A stretch of DNA of 64,000 nt from an uncultured Acidimicrobiia bacterium (GTDB lineage Bacteria; Acidobacteriota; Terriglobia; Versatilivoradales; Versatilivoraceae), in NCBI GenBank assembly GCA_963786955.1, contig CAWBAT010000005.1, positions 128,001 to 192,000 of the forward strand. Direction: 5' to 3'. Within the stretch, counting starts at the first letter, position 1, and each line of letters starts with the position of its first letter. The position numbers and the translations under genes were made by a program. Of the stretch, positions 48,859-60,063 are shown piece by piece. The notes beneath the pieces are model-generated. The model was given only the letters and a program-made list of their open reading frames with translations, was not told the origin of the DNA and did not search any database.

Positions 48859-50400
48859 ATGATCATTCCCCCGCCAATCGAACTTAAGCAGGAACGCAAT
48901 TCCCCCATTGAGATTGCACCGGAGGAGTTCCGCCAACTAGGCTACAGTCTGGTTGATCAGATCGCTACTTTCTTGGCTACTCTCCGACAACACCCGGTAA
49001 CTCCGGGTGAAATGCCAGCCACGGTTCGTCACGCAATAGAGTCGGATAGACTGCTTCCAGACCAAGGGATGGATCCGGGAACCCTTCTCAAGGAGACCGC
49101 CGAACTCTTGTTTAAGCATTCCCTCTTCAACGGCCATCCCCGATTCTGGGGGTATGTAACCTCTTCCCCTGCCCCGATTGGCATCTTGGGAGATTTGCTG
49201 GCGTCCGCCGTCAACGCAAACGTTGGCGCGTGGAATCTTTCTCCAGCCGCCAGCGAGATTGAGGTCCAGACCGTTCGCTGGATTGCGGAGCTGATTGGAT
49301 ATCCCTCCCAGTGCGGCGGCCTATTGGTCAGTGGCGGCAATATGGCGAACTTCGTCTGCTTTCTGGCAGCACGCAACGTTAAAGCCCAGTGGGATGTTCG
49401 AAAGGTCGGTATTTCGGGACCGGGCGCCAGGCAGCTCCGTGTTTACGCCTCCAGTGAGACTCACACCTGGATTAACAAAGCCGTCGACCTGTTCGGATTG
49501 GGTGCCGATTCGATCCGGTGGATCCCCACCGACAAGCGACAGCGAGTCAATGCCACGGCCCTCCAACGACAATTGCGGGAGGATCAAGCGGCTGGGGATC
49601 TGCCTTTCCTGGTAGTGGCTTCGGCTGGCTCAGTGAGTACTGGAGCAATTGATCCTCTTTCGGAATTGGCTGCTATTTGCCAGGAGTGGGGTGTCTGGTT
49701 TCATGTGGACGGGGCCTATGGCGGCTTTGCCGCGTCGGTGCCAGAACTCTCGGTTGAATTCGATGGGCTGGGAAAGGCTGACTCCGTCGCGGTCGACCCG
49801 CACAAGTGGCTCTACGCACCCTTAGAAGCAGGGTGTGCATTGGTGCGAGACGCAGACGCGTTGCGCCGCGCATTCTCTTACCATCCGCCCTATTACCATT
49901 TTGCGGAGGAAGTTGTAAATTATTTCGATCTCGGGCCTCAGAACTCGCGGGGCTTTCGTGCTTTGAAGGTCTGGTTGGCTCTCCGCCAAGTGGGCCGGGC
50001 CGGCTACCAGCAAATGATCGGCGAGGATATTCAGCTAGCAAGAGATTTGCTTCGATACTTGGCGAACTATCCGGACCTTGAAGCCATGACACAAGGCCTT
50101 AGCATAACAACCTTCCGCTATGTACCCCTAGATCTCAAACCACACCTCGATTCCGCGTCGGTGTCGGCATACTTGAATACATTGAACCAAGAACTGCTCA
50201 CCCGGCTGGAAAAGAGCGGGGAAGCGTTTCTGTCCAATGCCTTGATCGAAGGAAAATTTGCGCTGCGGCTGTGCGTGGTAAACTTCCGTACTTCGCAGGA
50301 AGACATTAAGATTCTTCCTGGACTGATCAGTCGGCTAGGTCGGGAAGTCGATGCGCAACTCAGGCCAAGCGGGTTAGGCGCTGATTCCCTGCCGACCTAA
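48859..50400 (+). CDS. PLP-dependent group II (aromatic amino acid-type) decarboxylase
   Basis: HPRFWGY, SGGNMAN, HVDGAYG, DPHKWLY, SRGFRALK. Confidence 0.93.
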   Translation: MIIPPPIELKQERNSPIEIAPEEFRQLGYSLVDQIATFLATLRQHPVTPGEMPATVRHAIESDRLLPDQGMDPGTLLKETAELLFKHSLFNGHPRFWGYVTSSPAPIGILGDLLASAVNANVGAWNLSPAASEIEVQTVRWIAELIGYPSQCGGLLVSGGNMANFVCFLAARNVKAQWDVRKVGISGPGARQLRVYASSETHTWINKAVDLFGLGADSIRWIPTDKRQRVNATALQRQLREDQAAGDLPFLVVASAGSVSTGAIDPLSELAAICQEWGVWFHVDGAYGGFAASVPELSVEFDGLGKADSVAVDPHKWLYAPLEAGCALVRDADALRRAFSYHPPYYHFAEEVVNYFDLGPQNSRGFRALKVWLALRQVGRAGYQQMIGEDIQLARDLLRYLANYPDLEAMTQGLSITTFRYVPLDLKPHLDSASVSAYLNTLNQELLTRLEKSGEAFLSNALIEGKFALRLCVVNFRTSQEDIKILPGLISRLGREVDAQLRPSGLGADSLPT

Positions 50401-50728
50401 ACCCGATTCCTGCCTCTTTGGGACCGTAGAGAACCATGCCGCACCGGCTAGTTGTTAAGGAGTTGTCCCTAGCGAGACCCCTGAAAAGAACGGATCCCAA
50501 GCGCCGACCCCGGGGCGTTTTCACCACCAATCTTCCGAATTCGCCAGTTCTAGTTATGTGCTTGTTGAGTTTTGGTTCATCACACTAACTGTGGCATTCA
50601 TATACCCTGGCCCAAGGCGAGCATCACGCAAAGTCATCTTAATATTTTGGGGTCCGGGCACCTGGCAAACACAATATAGGTCAATTGATAACATCAGACA
50701 TCATGCGCCGTTTTGAATATTGAGTGCT

Positions 50729-51133
50729 CATGGTCCAGGAGGTCGGATGCGGGTTACCTTTCTCACTCGTTCTATTGCCGTAAAACAGCTGTTGGCTTTC
50801 GATCGGGTTAGACAAGAACTCCTTGGCGCCAGCACGCATACATCGAAGAACTAAATCCATATCGGTCCTGTCTCCAGCCGCAAAGACATAACTGTGCTTA
50901 TAGAGCTCGATAGTTTTCTCAATCGTTTGAAACCCTTGTTCTTCAACAGGAGTGACATCGATGATAATGATGGCAGATTCCATATTCTTGATTTCGTTAA
51001 ATCTCCAACTGTCGAGTGCAGAATTGAAATCATTGAGCTCGGCTCTCACCTCGATGAGATCGGATCCCTCCAACAGCTTTCGGGTATTGTCTCGAAACTT
51101 CTCGTCCGGACTAATAATGATGGCAAACAGCAT
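50729..51133 (-). pseudogene. CpaE-like receiver-domain fragment
   Basis: LRCMRAGAKEFLSNPI; removing one T near 50784 gives LFTAIERVRK..*; no ATPase domain. Confidence 0.55.
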
Positions 51134-51448
51134 CTAGCTCCCATTCCCTTCAAAAGCTCAATTATTCGGATTGGCCGTTCCACTGTCGGGGTTTACTTTA
51201 CTGCTTTCTTTGTCAGCTGCCCTTACTTTACCATCGAAATTCTGATCGTCCCAAAAAGCTTTCGGATGGAAGGAGAGGGTCATGTCTAAACATTAACAGA
51301 AGGGTTTTCCACTTGCACAAGGAATGGAACAAAAACTTCGGCCTTGTCAACGCCAAGCGGTGCGGACATATTACAATCCTTGACCTACTGCACAGAATCA
51401 CCTGCGCTGACGTTTTTGGGGTAGATGAGGATGTTAATGAGTGAGAGA

Positions 51449-51760
51449 TTAAGAACGCGGTGCCGGAGACGGCGCCTTGTCTTGGAGATGGTGATGCCGA
51501 AATATTTCCTCAATCTGCTCCAACGTGAACTTGTTCATTTGCACAATTTTGGTTTGAGGTCGAAGAGCAGGCGGCACAATCTGTAGCGCGTCCCTCTTAC
51601 TCTCTACTTCCACGAACATCCACGCACTATGCTGATTGTCCAAGCAGCCCCAGTCTGCATTGGTCAGGAAGTGGGAGCCACTTCTCAGAAAGACTTCAAC
51701 AACGCGGGCGCAAGCGATTACTTCAGCATCATGTGCCACTTCAATTAGGAATTTTGGCAT
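51449..51760 (-). CDS. Small hypothetical protein
   Basis: MPKFLIEVAH..C..GSHFLTNADWGC..H.AW..VE..A..IVPP; GAGGAG RBS. Confidence 0.7.
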   Translation of the reverse strand: MPKFLIEVAHDAEVIACARVVEVFLRSGSHFLTNADWGCLDNQHSAWMFVEVESKRDALQIVPPALRPQTKIVQMNKFTLEQIEEIFRHHHLQDKAPSPAPRS

Positions 51761-52039
51761 GATACGCAGTCTCCTCTTAGTACTGATTGAATCTTCGCAA
51801 TGAAACTTCACGAATTACCTTCAATACTGCCAGAAGAGGCTAATCCACACAAGACTGATGAACGTCAGGCTCAAAACAAAAACACTCACAAAGAGATGGT
51901 CATTCAGTTCTTCTTTCATCGCTTCCTCCGCTCGAATGGCTCTGTTGTTTCGGCTGGTTGAAAGAGCGTCGACGGCGCGGGTTGAACCAACCCGAGGTTG
52001 CTTCCCGCGCCGTCACGCTCTCAAAGCATCTGAAGATCC

Positions 52040-52936
52040 CTACTGGCTCCTGCGCCGCCCGCCCAAGAACTGGGGAACGAGCATGGGAACCGACTTCCGG
52101 TAATTCGAATAGGCCCGGCCATGAATAGTCGTGAGGTCTTTCTCTTCTAGCTGGATCGCCACCAGGATGTACGCCGTTGTAGCCAGAGCGAATAGGAGGT
52201 GGGCAGCAGTCATCGTCGGCGTGAACCAGAATGCGCACAGCCAACCGACGTAAAGTGGATGCCGCACCCACTTGTAAGGCCCTGGCGTCACGAAACCGAG
52301 AGGCTGGTACTCCTTGCCCCTCGCAAACATCCAGACCTGCCGAAGCCCGAAGAGGTCGAAGTGGTTGATCAGGAACGTCGTGAGCAATACCAGCGACCAG
52401 CCAAAGACGTACATCCCCATCAGCAACCTGCTCCCGATCGGGTTCTGTATCGACCAAACCACACCTCCCATTGGCTGCCACTGCCAGAACATGAGAAGCA
52501 AGGCTAGACTGGAGAACAAAACGTACGTGCTCCGCTCAGCGGGCTCGGGAACCATTTGCGTCCACCACTGCTTGAAACCTGGCCGGGCCATTACCGAGTG
52601 CTGAACCGCGAACAGCGCGAGCAGCAGAGTATTCACCAGGAATGCCTGCCCGATAGGTCCGCGAGGCGCCGAGTCGATCGAGACAGGCACCAAGAGATTT
52701 CCAACCCATCCGAACGCATAGCAAAAGGTCGCGAAAAAAATAACGTAGCTAATCGCGCCGTAGAGCAAAATGCTCGCTCGCTTGGTGATGCTGGCAGTCT
52801 GTTCAAGGCCAGCAGCCGGGTTGCCGGATTTCATGACACGCCGCACGTCCGTTACTGATGCAACTCTAGAGCGCATTCCATTTGCAGGAAACTTGTCCTC
52901 ATTCGTGATGATCATTTGTTCAGTTGTCTCAAGCAT
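52040..52936 (-). CDS. mddA: Methanethiol S-methyltransferase (ICMT family)
   Basis: FAVQHSVMARP.FK.WW..ERSTYVL.SS, FLINHFDLFGLRQV, Y.WVRHPLY.G, FW.TPTMT..HLLFA, LEEKDL. Confidence 0.88.
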   Translation of the reverse strand: MLETTEQMIITNEDKFPANGMRSRVASVTDVRRVMKSGNPAAGLEQTASITKRASILLYGAISYVIFFATFCYAFGWVGNLLVPVSIDSAPRGPIGQAFLVNTLLLALFAVQHSVMARPGFKQWWTQMVPEPAERSTYVLFSSLALLLMFWQWQPMGGVVWSIQNPIGSRLLMGMYVFGWSLVLLTTFLINHFDLFGLRQVWMFARGKEYQPLGFVTPGPYKWVRHPLYVGWLCAFWFTPTMTAAHLLFALATTAYILVAIQLEEKDLTTIHGRAYSNYRKSVPMLVPQFLGGRRRSQ

Positions 52937-53113
52937 GTTGTCTTTTTCTCCTTGTCTGTTGATAGCTTGATTCACGAAGACCCGGTCAGCGTGGCGGCAA
53001 ACTTCCAACCAGAGTTCTGACTGTGCAATTGATTGTTGTGGGCCTGATTGGTCTGACTGGGTTCTTGTCATTGGATCTTTCCATTTCCTTGTTAACACGC
53101 GCACCACTCCTTT

Positions 53114-53130
53114 TGCAGGAGATCTGCCAA
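53114..53130 (-). promoter_or_regulatory. Sigma54 -24/-12 promoter of mddA
   Basis: Minus strand TTGGCAGATCTCCTGCA (GG-N10-GC). Confidence 0.65.
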
Positions 53131-53196
53131 ACCTTGGAGACTTTGAAAGGAAAGTTAAATCAGCGACTTAGCGGTCGCTCACGGTGTGGAGACCGT

Positions 53197-53242
53197 TGTG
53201 AGATTGAGCAAGTTGCGAGATCTCGCAAAAAAACTGTGAGAT
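53197..53242. promoter_or_regulatory. Putative enhancer (UAS)
   Basis: Perfect palindrome ttgcgagatctcgcaa at 53213-53228 flanked by two tgtgagat half-sites. Confidence 0.55.
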
Positions 53243-53349
53243 CCAACAACAAAGCTCGTCGCTGGACGCACTACGAGGAAAGAAAACCCTTCTCAATGTG
53301 GTGGGGCAGATCGGATTGTTAGCTTAGATCCGGGGTCAACGACCCCGGC

Positions 53350-54351
53350 CTGGGGTTTGGACATTTATGAAGCGGCCGGAGGCCGCTACCTCCTTCGATT
53401 GCCCCATCGCGGTATTGGATTCCAGCCCAGGGTGCCGCTCGCGGCAGGAGCCGCTGCGGCCGCCCTGGGTCAACGTTCTCACGAATTTCTACCCTCTCCC
53501 CCAACACCTTTTCCGTGTTTGGGAGAGAGAGCGAGGGTGGGGGGGGTAAAAGGTGTCGACATCGAAGACTCACGCTTCGTTCCAGACAAACACTGCAACA
53601 ACAACGAAACGCATGATTCAGGATTTGGCAACGAATACCCCCCACTCCCGTCCTCTCCCCCGAATCGCCGAAAGGCCCGGACGCTTTCCGAAAATTCCTG
53701 AGCCCAAAGATTCGAGCCGTCATAGAAGCAACGTTGCATAGCAAACCGCCGAATGCGACGCACTGGAGCACCCGCACGATGGCAGCGGCTCAGGGGCTTA
53801 GTGAAGCCACCATCCGGCGGGTCTGGAAACAACATAATCTGAAGCCCCACCTGAACGAAGACCTTTAAGCTCAGCCGAGACAAACGGTTTATCGAGAAAC
53901 TGCGTGACATTGTGGGCTTGTACCTGAATCCTCCCGATAAGTCGCTGGTGCTGTGCGTCGACGAGAAATCGCAGATTCAAGCCTGGATCGAACTCAGCCG
54001 GGGTTGCCTTTGAAGAAGCGGGCGTTGTGGCACCCTGACTCACGATTACAAACGCCACGGCACCACGACGCTGTATCGCCGCCTGAGCCTGCTGGACGGC
54101 CGCGTGATCGGCGATTGTATGCCGAGGCATCGCCACCAGGAGTTGATTCGGTTTTTGAAGCGGATCGAGCTGCCGATTCTAGCGATTCGGGGGGAGAGGA
54201 GATAATATTGGTTGAAATGCTGACCCAGGGCGGCGCGAGGAGCTCCTGCTCCTCGCTGGCCCTGGGCTAAAATTCTATCGCCCTTACAGGGCACTCAGGG
54301 GACGCAGCGGCATCCTGCCGCTGCAGTTCTCGAAAAATGTCCAATCGCCAG
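53350..54351. mobile_element. 1-kb non-autonomous composite element with 17-bp TIRs and 21-bp flanking duplication
   Basis: ctggggtttggacattt / aaatgtccaatcgccag (15/17); tccggggtcaacgacYccggc at 53329-53349 and 54352-54372. Confidence 0.75.
53669..54181 (+). pseudogene. IS630 family transposase internal fragment
   Basis: [60 protein letters not shown]; multiple frameshifts. Confidence 0.88.
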
Positions 54352-54539
54352 TCCGGGGTCAACGACTCCGGCTACAACAATTACCGAGAATTTGTGCAAA
54401 TTAGTATTAGCGTATCTGCAAGCTGCCAGTAGACAGGGTGGAGCGGGCGCTCCGTCGCACGCTGAACGCGCGCGCGGGGACAGCGGTCCCACGCGCGCGA
54501 TCCATCATCTGAAGGAGGGGGTAGTTGAGAAGACTTCTG

Positions 54540-56506
54540 CTAAGGTCGGGGTCGCTGGAGGCCCAAGGCCCTCATGCGGGAGTTCAAGGTAGAGGGGTTC
54601 ATTCCCAGGCGCTCAGCCGCGCCCCCCACTCCTGAGACGCGCCAACCCGCGGCGTCTAAGGCGAACTTCAGGTTACTTTTTTCGAGCTCTTCCATCTCTT
54701 GGGCGGTGCGAATCCGGATTGGATCGTCGGCTGCCTTCGCCACCGAAGCAGAGGATTTGCTAGACAGGCCTTCTGGCGCAAAGTCGGGCAGGGCTCGTGT
54801 CAAGTTCAGGTGACCATCGTGGGCGGTAATCACCGCCCGTTCGATCACATTCTCCAATTCGCGGACATTGCCAGGCCAAGGGTAAGACTTGAGCTTGTAC
54901 AGGCTCTCAGAAGACAGCGGCTGTAGCTTCTTACCTACCTTCTGAGCGAACTTCTGAGTGAACGCCGCTGCCAGCATCGGAATGTCTTCGCGGCGCTCGC
55001 GCAGCGGCGGCAAATGCAGAGGGAATACATGGAGGCGGTAGAAAAGGTCCTCACGGAAGCGTCCCTCCCGCACGGCTTGGAGCAGGTCGCAATTTGTTGC
55101 GGCGAGAACGCGCACATCGACCTTGCGGGTCAGGGAACTACCTACCGTTTCGAATTCTCCCTCCTGCAAAATCCGTAGCAGCTTGGCTTGCAGATCGACA
55201 GGCAGCTCGCCGATCTCATCGAGGAAAATGGTTCCGGTGTCAGCAAGAGCGAAGCGCCCTTCTCTTTTCAGTGTCGCACCGGTGAACGCGCCCTTTTCAT
55301 GACCGAACAGCTCGCTTTCTATCAGAGATGCAGGCAAGGCTGCGCAGTTCACTTTGACAAAAGGTTTGGAGCTACGCCCGCTGGCAGCGTGAATGGCCCG
55401 CGCGATCAGTTCCTTGCCGGTCCCCGTTTCGCCCGTAATCAATACCGTGGCATCGGTTCCTGCCACTTGTTGAACTTCGTCCAGGACCCGCGCAAGAGCT
55501 GGGCTGCGGCCCAGGATTTCCTCGAAATTGTGTTCTGCCTTGATCTCTTCCTTGAGGTACTCGGTTTCGGCCGTCAAAGCGTGGATGCGTTGTTCAGCTT
55601 CCAGCCGGTCGTTGATATTGCGGAGAATGAGTGTGTAATAGGTCTCGCTCTGCATCTCAAACCGGGACAGCGTCGCCTCAGCCGAAAATCCATGGCCGTT
55701 TGGACAAACGGCTCTCAGACCGCCAGGAATCCAGAGGTATTGCTGTCCTTCAGGCCGGGCATCGAGCTCCCGAATCAGGCGTTCAAGTTTCTCGGCTCCA
55801 TCTTCCGAGAGAAACTGGACAAAACGCTGGCCCATAATTCGCTGGTCAGAACAATTGAAAACCTTCTGTGTGGCGCGGTTGACCCGCGTCACCGTCAGGT
55901 TGTGGTCCAGCTCCATAATGGCGTCCATGGCGCTATCAACAAGTCGTCCGAGCTTCTCTTCGCGCTCGCGCACTTGCGACTCCGCCCGCATCCGCTGCAG
56001 TTCAGCCGCTGCTCGTGCCGCGAAGATGTGAAACAACGCCATATTCCGCGGACTTTCTGGCATTGGCCGCCGGTCCAATACGGCCAGGTGTCCCAGCACC
56101 TTCCCATCCAACCCCAACAACGGGACACCCAGATAACTGGCCACTCCGATGGATTGAATGCTCGGATCGTTCGGGTAAAGATCGATGACCCGATCCGGAT
56201 AATGCACAAGACGGGCGCCGGTGATCACAGCCTCGCAGGGCGTGCCGTCGATGACGTGCACTCGTATTTCTCCACCCATTGGCCGCCCAGCCAGAAAGCC
56301 AAAGCCCGCAAACGGCGCGGCCCTTCGAGGTATTCCGTGACCCAGGCGCCATAGGTGTCCAGGGCCCTGGCGAGGTTCTGGACTAGGGCCGAGAAAAATC
56401 CTTCTCCAGTCTGGATGGCAGTGCCCTCGAGGATCGTGCGCAACGCTTCGTCTTCATCAAGTCCTTTCAGGTTTGGGGATGCCGCTCTCTGATTATTAGC
56501 TTTCAT
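54540..56506 (-). CDS. Sigma54-dependent activator (GAF-PAS-AAA+-HTH, FhlA-like), frameshift near 56260
   Basis: [37 protein letters not shown]; N-terminus [15 protein letters not shown] in another frame joins IDGTPCE. Confidence 0.88.
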
Positions 56507-57145
56507 GAGCCAATTCCTTGCGCGTACGGAATGACACCGATTATAACATCTTCTGGATTTCACGGCGGAGCGAAAATCAGGCGACGGTCCTCGAAGCCAG
56601 CTCCGCATTGCGATAAATTCGCCGCAGGCTCTTGCGAAATTGACGCATCTCCGAACCACAACCCAGCCCATTCCTTAGGGCCAACCATTGCGACAGAATC
56701 CGGAAGTAACCCCTTCTGCAGCTAGCGGCACGGCATCGCGAATCCGACAGCATACCCTTCGACACTTCTTCTAAGTCAAATTTGCAGTCCGGCACGGGCG
56801 ACGAAATCGATGAGATAACTGCCATTTTATTCATAAACAATTCTTATGCACGGTATTAGATCAATCAATTTGACAAATATTTTCCCCATCCCTAGACTCT
56901 GCGGATCAATACTCGGTTGTATTGATTCGAGCGCGCTACCGGTAGACAACAAATTCGTGGAGGGATTGCGGGGGGGGGGTATGCACGGAGGCCGCAAGTG
57001 CCAGCTGTTGCGTTACTTCCGTGCGGAAACTCCTGAAACCCGATGGGAATCTCAGGCGAATCGAATAATTCGTTTTCTGGAAGTCCGAGTCGACAAACAA
57101 AATTTCATTAGTCCAAAAGGGTTGCGCTGTCATTAGGGGCCTCAC

Positions 57146-57661
57146 ATGTCCGATTCGATCTCTGCAGGAAGGCCTGGAAAGATCCACATTCATTTATTGG
57201 ACTCATCGACGGGCCAATCCATTCAAAGCTGGAGGTTCGCAGACCGCCAGTTAATCCGCATTGGCCGCTCGGAAGAAAACCAAATTGTGATCACAGACCC
57301 GTCGGTTTCCCGCTTTCATGCCGAGTTGCAGTACCAGGGGGGACACTGGCAGGTGGTCAACTTCGGCAAGAATGGAATTCTCATCGGGGGCAAGAGCGTG
57401 TCGCAAACACGGATTGAGGATCATATGACCTTTCGTCTGGGTTCCTCGGGCCCTCTGTTCCGGTTTGGCTGGCGTGAAGTCAAATTTGAAGAGATGAATA
57501 CCATCTCGGGCGTTTCTTTCGTGCCAAGTCCGGCGATCAAGATTGATGAGGCTCAGAAGGACCTGCAAGTTAAGGAGATTGCCGAATCGGAATATTTTCA
57601 AAAGTTGCAGCGGGTCTCCCAGCAGCTTCGCAGCCAGACCAATAAGACGGAAACATCCTGA
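57146..57661 (+). CDS. FHA domain protein
   Basis: IRIGRSEEN.IVI.DPSVSRFHA..GKNG..LGSSGP. Confidence 0.9.
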   Translation: MSDSISAGRPGKIHIHLLDSSTGQSIQSWRFADRQLIRIGRSEENQIVITDPSVSRFHAELQYQGGHWQVVNFGKNGILIGGKSVSQTRIEDHMTFRLGSSGPLFRFGWREVKFEEMNTISGVSFVPSPAIKIDEAQKDLQVKEIAESEYFQKLQRVSQQLRSQTNKTETS

Positions 57662-57737
57662 TGACGATGGATTCCGTTGAACTGACTTAACCCAGTTACC
57701 CGGTGGGATTCCATCAACACTCTATTGGAGGGATCGT

Positions 57738-58508
57738 TTGGGGAAGATCATTTCGGTGCACTCATTCCGAGGAGGAACCGGAAAATCGAATCTCACTGCA
57801 AACCTGGCTGTCCGTGTAGCCTGCTTGGGCAGGCGGGTCGGCATTATTGACACGGACATCCAGTCTCCAGGCATCCATGTATTGTTCGGATTAAAGGAGC
57901 AGCAGACGAACCGCTCGCTCAACGACTACTTGTGGGGTCGATGCCCCATCGAGGAGACGGCTTACAACGTGTCTGAGTTTGTCCGCCACGAGGCACGGAC
58001 GCCCATCGAAATTCCAGAACTGTTTCTCATCCCGTCCAGTCTGAAAATTGCAGACATTGCCCGGATCCTTCAGCAGGGCTATGAGGTATCGCTCCTGAAC
58101 GATGGTTTTCGCGCCCTGATCAAGGAATTGAATCTCGATTACCTCTTCATTGACACCCATCCGGGAGTCAATGAGGAGACGCTGCTTTCGATCGCCATTT
58201 CTGACCAGTTGCTTGTCGTTCTTCGCCCCGATCACCAGGATTTTCAAGGAACGGCAGTCACGGTCGAGCTAGCCCGAAAACTTGACGTGCCGAAAATGTA
58301 CCTGTTAGTCAACAAGGTCCCGGCAGGGACCGATATCCAGGGGCTTCAGCAGCAGGTTGAATCCATTTACCGCGTTCCGATGTTGGCAGCCTTTCCTCTA
58401 AATATGGAAATGTTGCGTGTTGCCAGTAGCGGTATCTTTTGCCTCCGCTATCCCGACCATCCGTTTACTGAGGAGCTCAATCGTGTTGCCGGTCAATTGA
58501 CAGCTTGA
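57738..58508 (+). CDS. MinD/ParA family ATPase
   Basis: HSFRGGTGKSN, DTDIQSPG, IDTHPG, VNK; TTG start with GGAGG RBS. Confidence 0.9.
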   Translation: MGKIISVHSFRGGTGKSNLTANLAVRVACLGRRVGIIDTDIQSPGIHVLFGLKEQQTNRSLNDYLWGRCPIEETAYNVSEFVRHEARTPIEIPELFLIPSSLKIADIARILQQGYEVSLLNDGFRALIKELNLDYLFIDTHPGVNEETLLSIAISDQLLVVLRPDHQDFQGTAVTVELARKLDVPKMYLLVNKVPAGTDIQGLQQQVESIYRVPMLAAFPLNMEMLRVASSGIFCLRYPDHPFTEELNRVAGQLTA

Positions 58509-58559
58509 ACTACACCTCACAGAGGAGCCATTCATGCCGCGGCGCGGCGCCACTACGGA

Positions 58560-58672
58560 TGAAAATAATCGTCCCTCCTTAGACAAGGGGGGAATTCAGG
58601 GGGGTGACGCGTGGAAGTTCGTCACCCCCCCCTAACCCCCTCCTTGTGCAAGGAGGGGGAACGTTATTTTCA
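58560..58672. repeat. Large hairpin of the CCCCTCC/GGAGGGG family
   Basis: tgaaaataa.cgtccctcctt ... aaggaggggaacgttattttca; related copies near 19270 and 59850-60030. Confidence 0.65.
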
Positions 58673-58708
58673 AGGGAGTTCAGGAAAACCTGAGAGGAGG
58701 CTGTCACG

Positions 58709-59719
58709 ATGACGGCGCAGAGCACTCATACGAACGAACTCGATTCCCTGCTGAAACGCATGAAATCTGCCGCCTCTCCGGCCCGCCTGGTTCTGCACGA
58801 ATTGCATACCAAATACAAGTCGGTCACAGACGGAAAAGTCGCCGACTATATTCCCGAACTTGCCAAAGCCGATCCCGAATGGTTTGGGATCAGTTTGGTC
58901 ACGGTCGACGGCAAGATCGTTGAAGTAGGCGACACCTCGCAAGCCTTCACGATTCAATCCATCGCAAAGCCTTTTGTGTATGGTCTCGCTCTCGAACACC
59001 ACGGCCGGGACCACGTTCTCACCAAAGTAGGTGTCGAGCCATCGGGGGAGGCGTTTAACTCCATTATTTTCGATGAGCGGTCGAACCGCCCTTTCAATCC
59101 GATGGTTAATGCCGGCGCAATTGCTTCGGCCGGACTGATTCCGGGCAAGGATCTAACCGAACGCATCCATCTCCTCCTCGACATGTTCCAACGTTATTCG
59201 GGTTCCAAAGTCTACGTCGACCCTGCCGTGTTTATGTCGGAACGGTCCACGGGACATCGCAATCGTGCCATCGGGCACCTCATGCTGAACTTTGGGATGA
59301 TCAGCGACCGCATCGAAGAAACCCTGGAGCTGTATTTCCAGGAGTGCTCAGTTCTAGTCAACTGCCACAACCTGGCAATGATGGCTGCAACGCTGGCGAA
59401 TTACGGAGTCAACCCTCAGACAGGCATCCGGGCGGTCGCAGAGGAGCATGTTAAAGATATCCTCGCCGTCATGTATACCTGCGGGATGTACGATTTCGCC
59501 GGCGAGTGGGCCTACAGCGTAGGTCTCCCGGCCAAAAGCGGCGTCAGCGGTGGAATTCTCGCGGTCGTGCCCGGCCGAATGGGAGTGGCGGTCTTTTCAC
59601 CCCGCCTCGACAGTAAAGGAAATAGCGTGCGCGGCATCCAGGTTTTCCAGGAGTTGTCTAGAAACTATGGATTCCACGTGTTTGGTCCCGAGTCCACGAG
59701 AAATTCCCTCGAGGTGTAG
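58709..59719 (+). CDS. glsA: Glutaminase A
   Basis: [60 protein letters not shown]. Confidence 0.95.
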   Translation: MTAQSTHTNELDSLLKRMKSAASPARLVLHELHTKYKSVTDGKVADYIPELAKADPEWFGISLVTVDGKIVEVGDTSQAFTIQSIAKPFVYGLALEHHGRDHVLTKVGVEPSGEAFNSIIFDERSNRPFNPMVNAGAIASAGLIPGKDLTERIHLLLDMFQRYSGSKVYVDPAVFMSERSTGHRNRAIGHLMLNFGMISDRIEETLELYFQECSVLVNCHNLAMMAATLANYGVNPQTGIRAVAEEHVKDILAVMYTCGMYDFAGEWAYSVGLPAKSGVSGGILAVVPGRMGVAVFSPRLDSKGNSVRGIQVFQELSRNYGFHVFGPESTRNSLEV

Positions 59720-60063
59720 CGGATTAGTATCTTTCCAGGGCCCTTCACCTCGGGTTACTTCTTCCAGTGATGCACCCCCTTTCTTCCCTTGGATTGATTT
59801 TCACAAAACCTGTTGTCATTCTAAGTCGTATTCAAACGGGCACAGTCTGAAATCCCCTCAGCTGGAGGGGCTAGGGGTGGGTTCGTCAGTGACGACAAGC
59901 GGGCAGGATGTCCGCGCTCCCAGGGATAATCATACCCACCCCTGAGGTCTATTGACGCGTGAAGGCTTCTCAAGCCCTCACTCCCCTCCCGAGAGGGGAC
60001 TTGTTTCGATTCGCCTCCACTGGAGGGAAGAATTACTGGGAAACAGCATGTACTGCGTTGGGA

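Noticed and set aside
55188-56354. 388-aa plus-strand ORF
   Set aside because: Antisense shadow of the sigma54 activator, with no motifs.
57738-58508. Cell-division minD
   Set aside because: No minC or minE, and no C-terminal amphipathic membrane-targeting helix.
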